Below are positions 61,650-64,000 of a stretch of DNA of 64,000 bases, piece by piece (positions within the stretch are counted from its first letter, which is position 1; each line of letters starts with the position of its first letter). The stretch spans positions 806,001 to 870,000 of the forward strand of contig VRMN01000006.1 of assembly GCA_008690995.1 (NCBI GenBank), given 5' to 3'. A program made the translations under genes and the position numbers. This stretch comes from Porphyridium purpureum. Taxonomy: Eukaryota. The notes under the pieces were generated by a model. The model saw nothing but the letters and a program-made list of their open reading frames with translations. It was not told the DNA's origin and made no database searches.

Positions 61650-64000
61650 GGCATGCACGCATAGACTGTCGAACTTCCTCCTTCCCACACGCGGCTTCAC
61701 ACTCTTCGATTAAGCACGAAGCGGCCGTCTTGCATTTTCAGGGCCGTTTTCATATGAAACAGCGGCACCGACACGCGAAAAGCTGGAGCGCCGAAACTGC
61801 ACGCCAGACGGGAAATTTAGAAGCGGAATCTGCGCGCGCCATTTTTTTTTAGTTTTTGGGTTGTTTGCCAAGGGCGAGTTGCTTGCGTTTGATGGGTGTA
61901 GAAGAGGTTTCAAAGTTGAGATGGCGGGACACCGGGATCTCATGTTCGTGACGAGTAGACCGCTGCCGTGCCAGGATGAGCCAGATGAGCGGGTAGAGTG
62001 GGCATACGCCTTAAAACTAATATTAAGCGTGCGATTTATTGGATGTCTAGTTCTTCGATGAAGAAGCTGCGAGTTATTCGTCCGGCCCATGCCTATCGGC
62101 TGCCGTGATTGTGCTTTCATGAGATGAGCACTCTGAAAAATCAAACTTGGATGGTGCGTGCTCCAAGTTGCGCGGCCGACGCTTGTACCAAGCACGCACA
62201 CGTGGGCGGCCTCGCCAGCACTTTCCGCACATGTCGAACCTAGACGCTGCGACTTGCGAGCTTCGCACGGATGACAAATCCTGCGAAGCCAGCGATGATG
62301 TTGCGCTGAGACTTTCTGAGCGGTCAAGTCTACATAGATGCTCGTGTGGCGCGGTGAAAGGACGCGAAGACGTTTCATCGCCTGCCGACACGTGCTGTTT
62401 CCTCGACATCTGCTGTGGAGCATCCACGGTAAACGCGGCGCCTTGCTCCCCGAGATCCATCGAGCAAGACGATTCTAGTAAGACTAGGAGCATTTGCCCG
62501 TTTTTTTCCTCTTCACAGCGGCTGCGCAAAGACTTTGCCGGGCTTCAACCGCGCGTTAGCAAGCGCACGGAGCTGGTGCGCAGGAAAATTCCCGTCCGGT
62601 CCGCCGTGCGATTTATACGGAAATTCGGATCAAAACTCACGGTCGGTGCTTCGTTGGGCGATTTTCGATGTTTATCCTAGCGCACTTGTATTGATTTCGG
62701 GCCAGACGCAAACGTCACCCTCACTACCACTCGCGTTTCTGAATGAGAGAAAAGATATCGTGCACCCAAGACATTCCTGCCCGTCCACGCCTGGCTCTGC
62801 AGACTGTCGAAATGAGATTCAATGCCGGTCATGCGCCAGCTCGACGCCGCTCGCTCCCCTCGCGCGGAACGGTTGCAAAAACGCTTCTCCCGCAGAGCCA
62901 TACGCAGGCAGCGGCCTATCGGCTTGCACTGTCAGCATTTTCGCACCATCGCGTCCATTTAGCCGGTGTGGTCCTATTTTTTGGACCAGAAACCGTGGGG
63001 CGGACATGTTCTCTCTGTAACCTTGGCCGAAGTAGGACATGTTCCTTGCAACTCTCTTTCACGCTGCAGCCGATGCGAGCGCCACTTCGACCCGCGCGCG
63101 CGCGCGCGCCAACATGCGCACAAGGATCGGCGACGCGCGCGCAAGCACGTGGCGGCGTTTGACAATGCTGAGTGTGCACACCCAGAGCGAGAGGCTCTCG
63201 AGCTGCGCGGCGAGGGCGAAAGCAGACGACGCATGCGCGGCTGGCTTGACAGAGAGCGGCGGCAGTCTATGGCGTTGCGGCATTGATTTCATGCCATATT
63301 AACCCACCACCCATCAACTCCCACACGCAACAAGAATTCACTTCTTCGTTAATTCTTCGTTCACAGTCACACACGTACGCACGCAACATATGGTTACACA
63401 TGGCCGCTGCGGCGCATGATGCCGGCACCGCCACAGCTGACCCGTAGCCGTCGCGCCATTGCCTGCTTTCTACGAACTTCACAACCTCGACCAGGGCTTG
63501 ATACAGTGTGTCGCGCGCCGTTGTTCCCCTTTTGCGGCTGGCGTTCACGCACTCGCTCTCATGCCGCATGTTCCACCCCTCCCCAACGTAGATCACACGA
63601 TCAGCGGTGGCTTCCTTAAACCGGTGTAATGCGTGAAGATCATTTCCGGGCGGACGTGCGGGCGGACTCGCGGCCCGTAGAAATGCAGTCGTGGCATTCC
63701 TTTGTAATGGATGAAAAGCGCGTGAAGTGGTGGCTTTTTGGAGGGTGTGTAATGCGGGAAGATTCGCGTCCGAAACATTGAACCCGCGAGCGCGTTCTAT
63801 TTTTGGGTGTTGCGTTGAAACGTGTGGCGGGGAGCGAGTTCCACGTGGTGACGCCGTGGAGTTGCAACACGCAAGCGGCGAGGTTTGTGTTTCGCATTCC
63901 TTTGCAATCCAGAGATTGATTGTAAATCAGTGTTCTTCTATTAAGATGTGGAATGCGTGAGGGGTACAGCCGTTTGGCACTTCTGCGCGGTTGACGTGAC

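Noticed and set aside
61710..63300. Overlapping 100-240 aa ORFs upstream of BRF1 (e.g. 62074-62529 on the minus strand)
   Set aside because: Mutually overlapping, with no homology I can recognise; a hypothetical gene cannot be excluded.
1..64000. tRNA, rRNA and spliceosomal introns
   Set aside because: None recognised by eye, and all identified genes read as single uninterrupted ORFs. Small RNAs or UTR introns could have been missed.

Overview
Gene-dense, GC-rich eukaryotic nuclear DNA with no evident introns. Plastid-type transit peptides carrying an early 'AAF/AFV' motif suggest a unicellular red alga of the Porphyridium type (inference). About 32 protein genes can be supported: housekeeping genes (uL1, RPB5, MED8, BRF1, PheRS-beta, DPH1, AP-beta, SFT2, ArfGAP), plastid genes (sulfite reductase, VKOR-Trx/LTO1), mitochondrial genes (AOX, NDUFA2, COQ9, mS41-like), three kinase-fold genes, a class II CPD photolyase and a tandem array of four cryptochrome-DASH paralogues. 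The most notable observations are: (1) three of the four DASH copies keep the flavin and Trp-triad residues but carry substitutions at the lesion-pocket positions, have Arg-rich N-termini (two also have very basic C-terminal tails), and copies 3 and 4 share a recent conversion tract; (2) three AT-rich islands built from a CATCTTT/AAAGATG motif lie between head-to-head gene pairs; (3) sulfite reductase ends in a ribbon-helix-helix-like tail; (4) a possibly myristoylated EF-hand protein is fused to a CIPK-like kinase; (5) a decayed U5-40K-like WD40 gene; (6) a bacterial-type eRF1-domain-2-like protein with a presequence. Family assignments come from motif recognition by eye, not from database searches. 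Start codons are the first plausible ATG.
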